Of a DNA stretch of 64,000 nt, positions 45,579 through 55,459 are shown piece by piece. Position 1 is the stretch's first letter. Every line of letters starts with the position of its first letter. Source of the stretch: an uncultured Burkholderiales bacterium. GTDB taxonomy: Bacteria > Actinomycetota > Acidimicrobiia > IMCC26256 > JACPCJ01. The translations under genes were made by a program, and so were the position numbers. The DNA lies in NCBI GenBank assembly GCA_964615175.1, contig CAZTOV010000001.1:42439-106438 (forward strand), read 5' to 3'. Under the pieces are notes generated by a model. That model had not been told where the DNA came from. It did no database searches and saw nothing but the letters and a program-made list of their open reading frames with translations.

Positions 45579-45594
45579 TCCCCCGATCGGGGGA
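45579..45594. repeat. Perfect 16-bp palindrome TCCCCCGATCGGGGGA (family copy)
   Basis: Exact copy of 22332-22347. Lies in the divergent intergenic region between the small Cys-protein gene and the M23 gene. Confidence 0.9.
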
Positions 45595-45818
45595 TGGTGG
45601 CGATGACGACGATGCGTAGCGTCCCGCGCCGCAGCTCGTCGGGGAGGAGCCCCGACGGATCGCTCGAGCGCTCGACTTCGACCCGGCTCGCCTCGTCGAG
45701 GGGTTCGGGTAGCGAGCCGCCGCGCTGATCCTGTGGTGCAGTTTGTGATGGCCTGGGTGATTGTTACCTCCCCCGAACGGGTGAGCAGCGGAGAAAATTC
45801 GGGGTTCTGGGGTGATGA

Positions 45819-45854
45819 CGCGACTCCAACGGCCTCCCCAACCGTGTACCTGGT
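45819..45854 (+). promoter_or_regulatory. Bipartite motif copy 3 (GCGACTCC-N15-CGTGTACCTGG) upstream of M23 peptidase
   Basis: Box1 at 45820-45827 and box2 at 45843-45853, about 50 nt before the ATG at 45903. Confidence 0.5.
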
Positions 45855-45902
45855 GTGTACGTGGTTGGGAGCACGGATGCTCCCCGAACCCGGAGGTGAT
45901 GC

Positions 45903-47465
45903 ATGCGTCCGAAGCCTGCCGCACGGAAGCGGCACCGCGCGCCCGAGGTCCCCGGACCCCCGACGGTGGGTCGCGACCTCAGCGGCGCGCGGCTGGGACG
46001 GCGTCGTGGCTGGACCGCGGCCCTCGTCGCCGGGTGTCTGCTCGCGCTCGTCTCGGGTGCGACCGGATTCCCGCCCTCGGCGGCCTTCGGAGCCCCCTTC
46101 GATGAGGTCGACGATCCCACCAGCGGCGGCGATTCCACGACCACCTCGACGAGCAGCACGACCACGAGCACACTGCTCGATTCCTCCGAGACCCCCACCT
46201 CGCTCGACCCGGTGCTCGACGATGCAAAGGACACCGTCAACGGCGCCCTCGACACGGTCGACGAGGACGGCGCATTGCCTCGCCTCCCCGAGGAGGAAGA
46301 GGAGGACGACGGTGGGGACGAATCCCCTGACGAAACGAAGGACGAAGACGACGAGGACGACGAAGACGACACGCCAGACGAAGACCCTGACGCCGACGAC
46401 GAAGGCGACGACGAGGGCGACGACGAGGAAGAAGAGGCTCCGGTCCCGCCCCGCACCCAGGCAAGCCTCACCGCTCTGCGTACGTTCGACATCGGCTCGG
46501 CCATCCCGATCGTCGAGGTCGGCACTCCGCTGAGCCGGTTGCCGCTCGACGGGTTCGTCGACGTGCCCCTCGGGCCCCGTACCACCAAGGACGTCGTCGA
46601 CCTCCTCGAGTCGGTCGGAGCCTCCGATCAGAAGATCGCCGAGGTTCTCGCGCCCTTCCCCGTGGCCGGACCAGCCCAGTACTCCAACGACTGGGGGGCT
46701 GCCCGGCACGTTCCGACCTTCCACCCCCACGAGGGCACCGACGTCTTCGCGTCGCGCGGCACGCCCATCGTGTCGCCCACTGACGGTGTGGTCGAGAACC
46801 TGAGCGCGGGCACGCCGATCGGCGGCAACTCGCTGCGGGTGGCCCGACCTGGCGGCGGCTTCTTCTACTTCTCGCACCTCGACGGCTTTGCTCCGGGGAT
46901 CGGCAACGGGAGCCTCGTGCGGACCGGCGACGTCATCGGCTACGTCGGGAACACCGGCAATGCTGCGGGGACGCCCCCGCACCTCCACTTCGAGGTCCAC
47001 CCCGACGGGGGAGAGGCCGTGCCCCCGCTGCCGTACCTCGACCAGTGGCTCGCCGACGCCCGAGCCGAGGCCCAGGCCCTCGCCGGGCTCGAGCCGCAGC
47101 CCGCCCCGCAGGTCGGCGGGGGGTTCAGCCCCTTCGCTTCCTCCCCGCCCCAGGCAGGAATCTTCGAGCCGGCGGCCTCGCACCGCGACTCGCCGGCCGC
47201 CACCGTGGCGCTGCTGATCGTTCTCGTCGGTGGCGTGTTTGCCTACCGACGCCGCCGCATGGTGCTGCGATGGGCCGCCCCCGTGATCGAAGCCGTCGCC
47301 CCCCGGCAGGTGCGGAGCCGCCGCCCGCCGTCCGGCTCTCCCACCGGGTGGTTCTCGTGGGACATGTCGGAAGACACCGACTCCGAACCGGCGGCGCGCG
47401 ACGTGCTCGCCCCACTGCTCGAGGAGCGGGACCGTGAGCGTGAACGTGTCGGCGCCGGCCGGTGA
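45903..47465 (+). CDS. M23-family (LytM-like) metallopeptidase with acidic low-complexity region and C-terminal TM
   Basis: HxxxD (HEGTDVFA) and HxH (PPHLHFEVH) are present, with GDVIGYVGNTGNA between them. N-terminal anchor LVAGCLLALVSGA, acidic run EEEEDDGGDESPDETKDEDDEDDEDD.. and C-terminal helix TVALLIVLVGGVFAYRRRR. Confidence 0.88.
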   Translation: MRPKPAARKRHRAPEVPGPPTVGRDLSGARLGRRRGWTAALVAGCLLALVSGATGFPPSAAFGAPFDEVDDPTSGGDSTTTSTSSTTTSTLLDSSETPTSLDPVLDDAKDTVNGALDTVDEDGALPRLPEEEEEDDGGDESPDETKDEDDEDDEDDTPDEDPDADDEGDDEGDDEEEEAPVPPRTQASLTALRTFDIGSAIPIVEVGTPLSRLPLDGFVDVPLGPRTTKDVVDLLESVGASDQKIAEVLAPFPVAGPAQYSNDWGAARHVPTFHPHEGTDVFASRGTPIVSPTDGVVENLSAGTPIGGNSLRVARPGGGFFYFSHLDGFAPGIGNGSLVRTGDVIGYVGNTGNAAGTPPHLHFEVHPDGGEAVPPLPYLDQWLADARAEAQALAGLEPQPAPQVGGGFSPFASSPPQAGIFEPAASHRDSPAATVALLIVLVGGVFAYRRRRMVLRWAAPVIEAVAPRQVRSRRPPSGSPTGWFSWDMSEDTDSEPAARDVLAPLLEERDRERERVGAGR

Positions 47466-47508
47466 GGAGCGATGTGGTGACATCGCGCTCCCCCCTCAGA
47501 CTCCTGAA

Positions 47509-47524
47509 CCCCCCGTTCGGGGGA
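47509..47524. repeat. Variant of the C5/G5 palindrome family (CCCCCCGTTCGGGGGA)
   Basis: Located ~45 nt after the M23 stop, in the context TGAACCCCCCGTTCGGGGGATGG. Confidence 0.7.
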
Positions 47525-47569
47525 TGGACGGGCAGCAGGCCATCCGTACGGTCTGAGTCGAGGGAGGGG

Positions 47570-48091
47570 ATGGTGATCGACAAGCCGCTCACCGACGACG
47601 AATTCGAGGAGATGTGTACCCGGCGCCTCGATCACACTCGGTACGAGCGCCTCTTCATCGAGTCGAGCTACGTGAAGACTCGCGTCGAGGGCTCGGTCCG
47701 CTACGAAGCGGTCGTCGGCCTCATCGGGGAGCGCAGCGACGGACCCATCGAGATCCTCGGCTTCGACGTCGGCGACAGCGAGGATTCCGAGTTCTGGTCG
47801 CGGGTCCTGTTCGTGCTGCGGATCCGAGGACTCCGGGGCCTCCGAGAAGTCGTGTCGCAGGACGAGCACAGCGGCCTTGCGGACGCGCTGTCGGCCACCT
47901 TCCCCGGAGTCGTGCTGACCTGCGGCGAAGACGCGCGTGAATCCGAGACGCGTCGCCGAACGTCCGACGAAGATCCGAACCACTCGGTCTCGGCGCCGCC
48001 GCGGTGGCAAACGTACGCATCCCCCGGTGCAGTACGCCACCCCGGCGGCGCCGGTTCATCGAGTCGGGCGTGGCCTCCAGCAGCTCGTTGA
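47570..48091 (+). pseudogene. IS256(Mutator)-family transposase-derived fragment with degenerate catalytic residues
   Basis: RRLDHTRYERLFIESSYVKTRVEGSVRYEAVVGLIGERSDGPIEILGFDVGDSEDSEFWSRVLFVLRIRGLRGLREVVSQDEHSGL matches the IS256 core layout (yp.lwlDatyvKvR....v.vAiGv..dG.reiLG..vg.sE....W..fl..L..RGL.gv.lviSDah.G), recalled from memory. It lacks the N- and C-terminal thirds, and the first catalytic D is replaced by E. Confidence 0.6.
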
Positions 48092-48195
48092 GATGCCGCC
48101 CGTCGATGTGAGACCCGGGGATTGATCCCCCTGCCGGAACCACATCAGCGGGCGGAGCTGGGGCGGGCTCCCGCCGGACGGCGCGGTGGCCGCCG

Positions 48196-49713
48196 GTGGG
48201 AGCGCCCCTTCCGCTCTTGGTCGCTGCCGGCACCCCGCAGCCTTCAGCTCCGACACGTCGGATCACGACCGATGCAGAGACGGTCGGACAGGCTTGCGCG
48301 GGAGCGGCGGTGAGGACAAGGGACCGGCGGGTGGCGGCTGGCGTGACACTGTTCGTCGCTGCTTCCGCGTCGTCGGTGCTCGCGTTCGGAGGCAGCGAAC
48401 CCGACGACCGAGCCGCCCCCCTTGATGCCAACGCCGTTCGGACTCCATCGCCCGTCGACTCCGACACCCGACGGGTGCTGCTCTCGCGTGAGGGCGAGCG
48501 GGGTTGGAGTCTCGTCGCGATCGTCAAGGCGGGGCGGCCTCGACTGACCCTGAGCGCGGTCGACGGGAAGGAGTGGGGCGTCGACCGGTACGGCGACCCG
48601 GTGAGCCTGCGCGAGGCCGAGGCGTGGGTGGTGCCCGGTGACGCCGGCGACGGCGATCCGTTCCAGACCCTGATCGTGGGACCGATGCCGGGTGACCACG
48701 CCGTCGACGCGGTGGCGGTCGAGGAGCAGGAGAGTGAGGTGCGGGTCCTCGCCGAGGTCGTCCCGGTCGGGGGCGACGACTTCTACGTGGCCCGGTTCGA
48801 TCGAGCGGTCCGCCACCTCGAGGTGATCGGGTTCAGCGACCGTGCGGAGGTCTTCCGGGAACCCCGGCAGGCGACCTACACCGACATCGGGGCGGGCCCG
48901 ATCGAGGGCGACGCCTGGGTCCTCGACCTGGTGGGCGAGCGGCAGTGGCGTCGCATCGACGTGCTCGTCACCGGCCAGCCCGACGGCGAGCCGGTGCGCA
49001 CGACCGTATGGGGCCCGTACGATTTCGTCGAGCGACGCGTCTCCGACGGCCACGTGTACGACGCCTTCGTGGATCAGGTGCGCGTCACACCTCACGCGAG
49101 GGGGCACGTGATCACCGACCGACGATTCGATTCCTGCCCACCGGAGGCGGGGAGCGGGAACGCGACGGCGGCGGGCGACGTCCGGCCCGAGGCCGGCTTC
49201 GGGGCAAGCGCCCGCTACCACATCGGACCCTGGCGTGAAATCGAATGGCTCCGGGAACATGTCGATCACGTCGAGGTCGTCGAGGAGACGATCGTCGGCG
49301 GACGGCCGACCCTCCGGGTTCGCTTCACCTTCCGCGACAACACACCGCCCCGGCTCGCCACCAAGCGCCGCTATCCGGACGGGCTGGTGTGGTTGATCGA
49401 TCGCCAGACCGGTGTGCTGGTCGGGGAGGAGGGGCCGTTCACCTCGCCGACCGAGGTGAAGATCCTCGGCGTCGACGACGCGGTCGAGCCTCTGGCACCG
49501 AGTGACGTCCGCCTTCCGGGCGGGTCGATCTCCTACCGCCTCCCCCCTGAGGAAACGCCAGGCGATCGGGTTCGCCAGCCTTCGGGGGCGGGTCAGCGGT
49601 CGCCGGCCGTCGAAGGCGGAAGTTCGCTCGCCGACGTTCTCGATCAGTTGGCTCCGGCCGATCGTGAACCGAACGACTGCCCGCGTCGATCGGCGCGTGC
49701 GAGTCGGCCGTGA
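48196..49713 (+). CDS. Hypothetical exported/membrane-anchored protein
   Basis: An internal GTG near 48310 gives VRTRDRRVAAGVTLFVAASASSVLAFGG (signal/anchor). The stop overlaps the PBP start. No family motif recognised. Confidence 0.5.
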   Translation: MGAPLPLLVAAGTPQPSAPTRRITTDAETVGQACAGAAVRTRDRRVAAGVTLFVAASASSVLAFGGSEPDDRAAPLDANAVRTPSPVDSDTRRVLLSREGERGWSLVAIVKAGRPRLTLSAVDGKEWGVDRYGDPVSLREAEAWVVPGDAGDGDPFQTLIVGPMPGDHAVDAVAVEEQESEVRVLAEVVPVGGDDFYVARFDRAVRHLEVIGFSDRAEVFREPRQATYTDIGAGPIEGDAWVLDLVGERQWRRIDVLVTGQPDGEPVRTTVWGPYDFVERRVSDGHVYDAFVDQVRVTPHARGHVITDRRFDSCPPEAGSGNATAAGDVRPEAGFGASARYHIGPWREIEWLREHVDHVEVVEETIVGGRPTLRVRFTFRDNTPPRLATKRRYPDGLVWLIDRQTGVLVGEEGPFTSPTEVKILGVDDAVEPLAPSDVRLPGGSISYRLPPEETPGDRVRQPSGAGQRSPAVEGGSSLADVLDQLAPADREPNDCPRRSARASRP

Positions 49714-51590
49714 GCCTGCAGCGGCGTCGCCTCCTCGCGCTCGGCGCGGCCGTGGGCCTCCTTCTCGTCGCGGCGCTGACCTGGTTCTTGACCCGTCCGA
49801 GCGGGCCGCAGCGGAGCCCCTCGGCACTCGCGCCGGCGTTCCTCGAGCGGTGGGAGGAGTCCGACTGGACGGGCCTCGCCGAACTGGTCCTGCCGCCGGA
49901 TGAGGCGGCCGCAGCCGAGTACGAGCGGCTCGCCGAGGCCCTCGATCTCGATGCCGTGAACGCCGAACTCGGCACGGTCGAGAGCGAGGGCGATGGCGGG
50001 TCAGCCACGTTCACCGCCTCCCTCACTCTCGCGGGCCTGGACGAGTGGGCCTATGAGGGCCGGCTCGCCCTGGTGCGCTCCGACGGGAAGTGGTGGGTCG
50101 ACTGGTCACCCGAGGCGATCCACCCGGAACTCGGTTCGGGACAGCGCCTCGAACGGACGCGCACCTGGCCGGAGCGCGCGCCGATTCTGGGCACCGGCGG
50201 GGACGTCGTCGTGGGGCCTCACGAGGTGATCGATGTCGGTGTCGAGCCCCGCCGGATCGAGGACCGCGACGAGTTGCTCGAGGCGCTGGAGACCCACCTC
50301 GGCCTGGGTCCCGACGCGGTGGTCGCCGAGTTGGAGCGGCCCGGGGTGCAACGCGACTGGTTCGTCCCCCTCACGCAGCTCCGCCCCGACCCGTACGAGG
50401 CGGTGAAACCCGACATCTACTCGGTGCCGGGCACCGTGTTCCGCCGCACCGAGGCGAGGGTGACACCGGAGCGCGACCTGGCCAACCACGTCGCCGGCCG
50501 CACGGGAGAGATCACCGCCGAGCTGCTCGAACGATGGGGCCACCCCTACGTGCAGGGCGACGTGGTCGGCCTGGCGGGCCTCGAACTGGTGTTCCAGGAG
50601 CGCTTGGCGGGGCGACCGTGGGGCGACGTGCGAGTGGTCGACGAGGCGGGCGACCTCGTGAGCGTCCTCCACGACTTCCCCGGCGAGGAGCCGAAACCGC
50701 TGCGGACCAGCCTCGACCTCGACGCGCAACTGGCGGCCGAGGCGTCCCTCGACGGGGTGGAGGAGCCGGCCGCGTTGGTGACGGTCGACACCGCGACGAG
50801 CGAGATCCGGGCGGTCGTGTCGCGACCGGACGACGAGCTGAACCGAGCGCTGGCGGCCCGATACCCGCCCGGGTCGACCTTCAAGATCGTCACCGCGGCC
50901 GCCGCCATCGAGGCCGGCCTCACCGCTCCATCGACGTTCTCGTGTCCCGGCGAGGTGACGGTCGGGGGCAAGCCGTTCCGCAACGCCGGGGGCGAAGCGT
51001 TGGGGCCCGTCTCGTTCGAAGAGGCTTTCGCCGAGTCGTGCAACACCGTGTTCGCAACTCTGGCCGCGGAAGCCGGGGCCGACGCGTTGGCTGACGCCGC
51101 CGAGCGGTTCGGCTTCGGCGCCGAGTACGAGTTGCCGCTCCCGGTGGCGGGTGGGCGCTTCCCCCGGCCCGACGACGATGCGGAGCTGGCCGCCGCCGGG
51201 ATCGGCCAGGGCCGGGTCGAGGCCAGCCCGATCCACATGGCGACGGTGGCCGCGGCGGTCGCTCGCGGGACTTGGCGGCCGCCGGCGTTCTCCGACGACG
51301 CCGTCGGGACCGACGATCGACAGATCGGCTCCTCGACGGCTGATCGTCTGGGCGGCCTGATGCGCACGGTGGTGCAGTCGGGCACCGGGCAGGCGGCCGC
51401 GGTCGACGGCCGTGACGTCGCCGGCAAGACCGGGAGTGCCGAATTCGGCGACGACGACCCGCCCCGCACCCACGCCTGGTTCGTCGGTTTCTCCGACGGG
51501 CTCGCGGTGGCGGTCCTGGTGGAGGGCGGCGGTTCCGGCGGTGAGGTGGCCGCCCCGATCGCCGCCCGCTTCTTCGAGGCGCTTGGATAG
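49710..51590 (+). CDS. Class B penicillin-binding protein (transpeptidase)
   Basis: SxxK (GSTFKIV), SxN (ESCNTVF) and KTG (AGKTGSAEF) occur in the correct order. N-terminal TM (LLALGAAVGLLLVAALTWFL) plus a non-catalytic N-domain. Confidence 0.9.
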   Translation: MSLQRRRLLALGAAVGLLLVAALTWFLTRPSGPQRSPSALAPAFLERWEESDWTGLAELVLPPDEAAAAEYERLAEALDLDAVNAELGTVESEGDGGSATFTASLTLAGLDEWAYEGRLALVRSDGKWWVDWSPEAIHPELGSGQRLERTRTWPERAPILGTGGDVVVGPHEVIDVGVEPRRIEDRDELLEALETHLGLGPDAVVAELERPGVQRDWFVPLTQLRPDPYEAVKPDIYSVPGTVFRRTEARVTPERDLANHVAGRTGEITAELLERWGHPYVQGDVVGLAGLELVFQERLAGRPWGDVRVVDEAGDLVSVLHDFPGEEPKPLRTSLDLDAQLAAEASLDGVEEPAALVTVDTATSEIRAVVSRPDDELNRALAARYPPGSTFKIVTAAAAIEAGLTAPSTFSCPGEVTVGGKPFRNAGGEALGPVSFEEAFAESCNTVFATLAAEAGADALADAAERFGFGAEYELPLPVAGGRFPRPDDDAELAAAGIGQGRVEASPIHMATVAAAVARGTWRPPAFSDDAVGTDDRQIGSSTADRLGGLMRTVVQSGTGQAAAVDGRDVAGKTGSAEFGDDDPPRTHAWFVGFSDGLAVAVLVEGGGSGGEVAAPIAARFFEALG

Positions 51591-51600
51591 GTCGAAGCTG

Positions 51601-51636
51601 ACCGACCCGTTTCGCCTCCCCGCACGTGTACCTGGG
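51601..51636 (+). promoter_or_regulatory. Bipartite motif copy 4 (ACCGACCCG-N15-CGTGTACCTGGG) upstream of LPXTG gene / ECF sigma operon
   Basis: Begins 11 nt after the PBP stop and lies 53 nt upstream of ATG 51689. The ECF sigma gene follows the LPXTG gene on the same strand. Confidence 0.55.
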
Positions 51637-51688
51637 TGAAGGACGGTCGCGCTGGCACCGACCGCGCGGATACACAGATCGGACAAAT

Positions 51689-52225
51689 ATGCAGAAACTC
51701 ACCATTTTTCTGGCCGCCACCGCCGTTGCCTTCCTCGGGATGGCCGGCACGGCCGCAGCCGACGGGCACGAAGCAGCCTGTGACCCCATCCCCACCACCG
51801 AAGACGCCGACAAGGAAGGGGAGGAGATGGGCTCACCGAGCGAGGACTCGGGCCCCGTCGGCCCCGTCGTCGGAGGTCTCCGTGACACGTGCCTGAGCAA
51901 TTCGGAGGACGGACCGAGCCCGGGTGTGCTCTGCGGCGTGGCTGACGGTGTCATTCGCGTGACCGACCAGGCGAGCGAGGACATCGGCGCAGGGATCACG
52001 GGGAGTGACCAGTACGACGAGTTCTGTGTCGCCGGCGACGACGATGACGACGACGGTGATGATGACGACGACGACTCCAACGGCGGAAACGAGAACGACG
52101 GCGTCGCCGCCGCCCAGCAGCAGAGCGCCGGCGCCGACGGGACCCTTCCCCGCACGGGTGGCTTCTCGGTCGCCGGGTTCGGTCTCGTGTCGATCGGCGC
52201 TCTCGTCCGCCGCCTGATCGCATAG
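51689..52225 (+). CDS. LPXTG-anchored acidic cell-wall protein
   Basis: Signal peptide MQKLTIFLAATAVAFLGMAGTAAA, acidic core (DDDDDDGDDDDDD), and the C-terminal sorting signal LPRTG + FSVAGFGLVSIGALV + RRLIA. Confidence 0.8.
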   Translation: MQKLTIFLAATAVAFLGMAGTAAADGHEAACDPIPTTEDADKEGEEMGSPSEDSGPVGPVVGGLRDTCLSNSEDGPSPGVLCGVADGVIRVTDQASEDIGAGITGSDQYDEFCVAGDDDDDDGDDDDDDSNGGNENDGVAAAQQQSAGADGTLPRTGGFSVAGFGLVSIGALVRRLIA

Positions 52226-52316
52226 CCAGAACCGCAGGTCGCCCGCCGATTGCGAAGCCCCCGGTAATCGCGCGTGGTCATCCGGCCATAGAGAGGGTGA
52301 GAGCGCGCATCCGGGG

Positions 52317-52919
52317 GTGAGTGGTGCAGGACGGCGAGCGAGGAGAGTCGTGGCGGCGACCGACGAGCGGTGGTTCGAAGACCTCTGGGATGCGCACGCC
52401 GACCAGGTCAGGGCGTATGCACAGCGGCGGAGCGACGACGAGACCGCCGGCGATGTCGTGGCCGGCACCTTCCTCGTGGCCTGGCGACGGCGCGACGAGG
52501 TGCCCGACGACCCACTGCCCTGGCTCTACGGCGTCGCCCGACGCGTCCTCGCCGACCAGCGCCGCACCCACGGCCGCCAGGCTCGCGTCGCCGAGCGCCT
52601 CGGCGACACGACGAGCGACCGTTCGCCATCCGATCCGTCGGACCAGGTCGCCCAGCGTGACGCCGTGCTCAGGGCGCTCGACCAACTCGGCGAGGCCGAC
52701 CGCGAGGCCCTCCGGCTCGGCTGTTGGGAGCAGCTCACGCCGAAGGAGGCGGCACGCGTGCTCGGATGCTCGGCACCCACGTTCAACGTCCGGCTGCACC
52801 GCGCCCGGCGCCGTCTCCGCCGTCACCTCGACGGATCGCTCGACTCCGGCCGGTGTGGCTCGTCGAGTGTTCAGGACGCCGATGAGAGTCCCGCGCGTGG
52901 CGAGAGGAGCAACCGATGA
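52317..52919 (+). CDS. ECF (group 4) sigma-70 family factor
   Basis: Region 2 (AGDVVAGTFLVAWRRRDEVPDDPLPWLYGVARRVLADQRR) and region 4 HTH (LTPKEAARVLGCSAPTFNVRLHRARRRLRRHL). About 200 aa. Confidence 0.85.
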   Translation: MSGAGRRARRVVAATDERWFEDLWDAHADQVRAYAQRRSDDETAGDVVAGTFLVAWRRRDEVPDDPLPWLYGVARRVLADQRRTHGRQARVAERLGDTTSDRSPSDPSDQVAQRDAVLRALDQLGEADREALRLGCWEQLTPKEAARVLGCSAPTFNVRLHRARRRLRRHLDGSLDSGRCGSSSVQDADESPARGERSNR

Positions 52920-54172
52920 CCGCTGATGAGCGCATCGACGAGCATCTCCGGGCTGCCAACCCCGTCCTCGAGGACGAGGCGGGGGGATGGGCCGACTCGC
53001 CTGAGGGGCGCGAGGCGTTCGACGGCGTGATGCGCATGGCCGCGCTGGGCGACGCCGGTGAGCCCTCGCGCGGCGCTCCCCGGCGCGCCCGAGCGTGGCC
53101 CCGCCGGCTCGCGCTGGCCGGGGTGGCTGCGGTGGCGCTGGCGGCGCTCGGCATCTCGCTCGCGAATCTCTGGGACGGCGACGACGGTGGCGACGCGTTC
53201 GTGGTGTCCGACGAAGGCGAGTTCTTCGCGGTGAGAGGAGGCGAGTCGGACGACTCCGGCTTGGAGGATGGGCCCCCGTTGTTGGCGATGCCGGTCGGCC
53301 CCGACGCGGCTCATTCCCACGAGGACTCCTCCCCGCAACGGGTCATGTTGAGCCCGAGAGCAAGCGGAGCGGGGTCGTCGGCACCCGGCATCGCCCTCGA
53401 GGCAGGCGCAGGCGGAGGCGAGGCGGGCGGCGCCGCGTCGACGTCCGGCACCCGGGAACCGGCCCTCGGCCGCGGTCCCGGAGCCGAGATCGTCAAGACC
53501 GCCCAACTCGAGATCGACGTCGAGGAACGGGGGATCGAGCGGGCCCAGGCCGAGGTGCGCGGCACCGTCGACCGAGCCGGCGGGTTCGTCGCGAGTTCCG
53601 AGCGGTCTCCCCGATCGGCCACGTTGACGGTGAGGATCCCGGCCGACCGCTTCGAAGCCGTCCTCGACGAGGCCGAAGCCCTAGGTGAGGTCCGACAGCA
53701 GTCGGTGAGCGGGGAGGACGTCAGCGCCGAGCTGGTCGACGTCGAAGCCCGGTTGCGCCACTGGCAGGCCCAGGAGACCGTGCTCCTCGAGCTGATGGAG
53801 CAGGCGACGACGGTGTCAGAGTCGATCGACGTGCGCAACGAGCTGGCTCCCGTTCAGGAGACCATCGAGCGCCTCGAAGGTCGCCTGCGAGCCCTCGAGG
53901 ACGACGTGGAGTTCTCGACCGTCACCCTCTTCCTCGTCGATCCCGATGTCGAGGTACCCGGTGAGCCCGAGCCCGAGCCCGACGAAGGCTGGTTCTCGGA
54001 GGTGTGGGACGACGCCACCGATCTCGGGAGCGGCATCGTGCGCGGGACGGCGATCGCTCTCGGGGCGCTCGTGCCGATCGCCGTGCTGTGGGTCGCGCCG
54101 CTGGTGGGAATCGCGTGGCTGATCCAGCGACGCCGGACCGGGTCCTCGATGCGTGACGAGGACCCCGCCTGA
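52916..54172 (+). CDS. Membrane protein with DUF4349-like extracytoplasmic coiled-coil domain; candidate anti-sigma partner
   Basis: ATGA overlap with the sigma gene stop. Short cytoplasmic N-segment, TM (LALAGVAAVALAALGISLANLW), a DUF4349-like segment (KTAQLEIDVEE..TLTVRIPADRFEAVLDE..VDVEARLRHWQAQE..VEFSTVTLFL) and C-terminal TM helices. Confidence 0.65.
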   Translation: MTADERIDEHLRAANPVLEDEAGGWADSPEGREAFDGVMRMAALGDAGEPSRGAPRRARAWPRRLALAGVAAVALAALGISLANLWDGDDGGDAFVVSDEGEFFAVRGGESDDSGLEDGPPLLAMPVGPDAAHSHEDSSPQRVMLSPRASGAGSSAPGIALEAGAGGGEAGGAASTSGTREPALGRGPGAEIVKTAQLEIDVEERGIERAQAEVRGTVDRAGGFVASSERSPRSATLTVRIPADRFEAVLDEAEALGEVRQQSVSGEDVSAELVDVEARLRHWQAQETVLLELMEQATTVSESIDVRNELAPVQETIERLEGRLRALEDDVEFSTVTLFLVDPDVEVPGEPEPEPDEGWFSEVWDDATDLGSGIVRGTAIALGALVPIAVLWVAPLVGIAWLIQRRRTGSSMRDEDPA

Positions 54173-54261
54173 AGGGTCGGTCGAACCCTCGACGACCGGT
54201 GAGCGGTAACGTGACCACCGGCTCGGCTCGCGGTTGAGATCACCGATCCGGGAGAGAGCCG

Positions 54262-55065
54262 ATGGCCGCGACGCAGGCTCGTGACGAGCGGGGCGAGCGG
54301 GGCGAGCCCGCACGGTCGCCGACGAACGAGCTGCCGCCCGCCGCATTCGACTTCGCAACGGTCCGCGACGGCGTGGCTCCGGGCATCGGCCGTCACATCC
54401 TCGTGGTCGACGGCGACGCCGACGACCGCCGGCGCATCAGTCGAACCCTGGAGTTCCAGGGTTTCGCGGTCACGACCGTGTCCCGCATCGACCACGGTCG
54501 GGAGGTCCTCGACCCTGGCCGGGTCGACCTCGTGGTGTTCGATCCCGCGGCCGATGGCGAATGGCCCGAAACGGTCGTTCGCCTCCGCCAGGAGCTTCAC
54601 CTTCCCGTGATCGTCGTGAGCCACGGTGCCGCGGAAGGAGATCGCGTGATGGCGCTGACGCTCGGCGCCGACGACTACCTGGTGAAGCCGCTCTCCACCT
54701 TGGAGCTCGCGGCGCGCGTGCTCGCCGTGTTGCGTCGCTACGACGATCGTGGGTCTCGTGTCGACATCCTCTCGTTCGGTGACATCGAGATCGATCGGAC
54801 CGCCCATGAGGTGAGGGTGCACGGCCACCGGGTGGAGCTGACGCCCAAGGAGTACGACCTGTTGGTCACCCTGGCCGGCCGACCGGGCCGTAGCTGTGGC
54901 CGTGATGAGTTGCTCGGGCGGGTGTGGGGATCGTCAGCCGAATTCCAGGATCCGGCGACGGTGACCGAGCACGTCCGGAGGCTCCGCAAAAAGCTGGGGG
55001 AGGACGCCGAGTCCCCCCGACACCTCGTGACGGTGCGGGGCGCCGGCTACCGCTGGGAACCGTAG
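54262..55065 (+). CDS. OmpR/PhoB-family response regulator (orphan; atypical acidic pocket)
   Basis: Receiver domain (ILVVDGDADDRRRI..DLVVFDPAADG..GADDYLVKP) plus winged-helix domain (LTPKEYDLLVTLAG..HVRRLRKKLGED..LVTVRGAGYRWEP). No histidine kinase gene is adjacent. A ~45-aa N-terminal extension makes the start uncertain. Confidence 0.85.
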   Translation: MAATQARDERGERGEPARSPTNELPPAAFDFATVRDGVAPGIGRHILVVDGDADDRRRISRTLEFQGFAVTTVSRIDHGREVLDPGRVDLVVFDPAADGEWPETVVRLRQELHLPVIVVSHGAAEGDRVMALTLGADDYLVKPLSTLELAARVLAVLRRYDDRGSRVDILSFGDIEIDRTAHEVRVHGHRVELTPKEYDLLVTLAGRPGRSCGRDELLGRVWGSSAEFQDPATVTEHVRRLRKKLGEDAESPRHLVTVRGAGYRWEP

Positions 55066-55237
55066 GACCGGCCGGCGATCCCGAACCCCTCGACTTCCTC
55101 CGGGGTGAGGACGTGGCAGCCTCCACGCTCCGGGTCCGGCTCCTCCCCGGCTCTCCAGAGTTGCCTTCAGCCACGTGCCGGAGCGGATGCTCGCAGTCGA
55201 GTGCGACTGCCGGTGACGGTCGTGTTCGAAGTGCAGC

Positions 55238-55285
55238 TTGCCTCCCGGGCGGTCCTGGGGGAGGCCATTCCAGCCCGGGAGGCAA
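55238..55285. repeat. 13-bp-stem hairpin in response regulator / S8 intergenic region
   Basis: TTGCCTCCCGGGC (55238-55250) pairs with GCCCGGGAGGCAA (55273-55285) around a 22-nt loop. Lies ~40 nt downstream (minus sense) of motif copy 5. Confidence 0.75.
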
Positions 55286-55321
55286 CGCTGCCTTTGCGCA
55301 CCGGGGGGCCCAGTGCGTCCA

Positions 55322-55357
55322 CCCAGGTACACGGTCGAGAGCCCCGAAAGTGTCGGT
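55322..55357 (-). promoter_or_regulatory. Bipartite motif copy 5, minus strand (ACCGACACT-N15-CGTGTACCTGGG)
   Basis: The reverse complement of 55322-55357 reads ACCGACACTTTCGGGGCTCTCGACCGTGTACCTGGG. It points away from the S8 gene toward the hairpin and the response-regulator 3' end. No convincing ORF lies downstream. Confidence 0.45.
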
Positions 55358-55423
55358 CGATGTCGAAGAAATCGGGAATTCGTGACTGAGGACACTGTGA
55401 GGACGAAGGCCGAAGCCGCATGC

Positions 55424-55459
55424 CCCGACCCGTTTCCTACCCTCGATCGTGCACCTGGG
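55424..55459 (+). promoter_or_regulatory. Bipartite motif copy 6 (CCCGACCCG-N15-CGTGCACCTGGG) immediately upstream of S8 peptidase
   Basis: Box2 at 55448-55458 has one T-to-C change. AGGAGGG at 55461-55467 and starts at 55469/55472 follow directly, implying a very short leader if this is a promoter. Confidence 0.45.

Noticed and set aside
45540-45902. Possible c-di-AMP (ydaO-type) riboswitch in the 360-nt leader of the M23 peptidase gene. The gene class is a known association, and GAATCC...GGGGGA and CCGAACCCG strings are present.
   Set aside because: The highly conserved 3' element (..CAGCUAACCUCG..) and the pseudo-symmetric second half are absent as far as I recall the consensus. The GGGGGA string belongs to the palindrome family found elsewhere. 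An Infernal scan with RF00379 would settle it.
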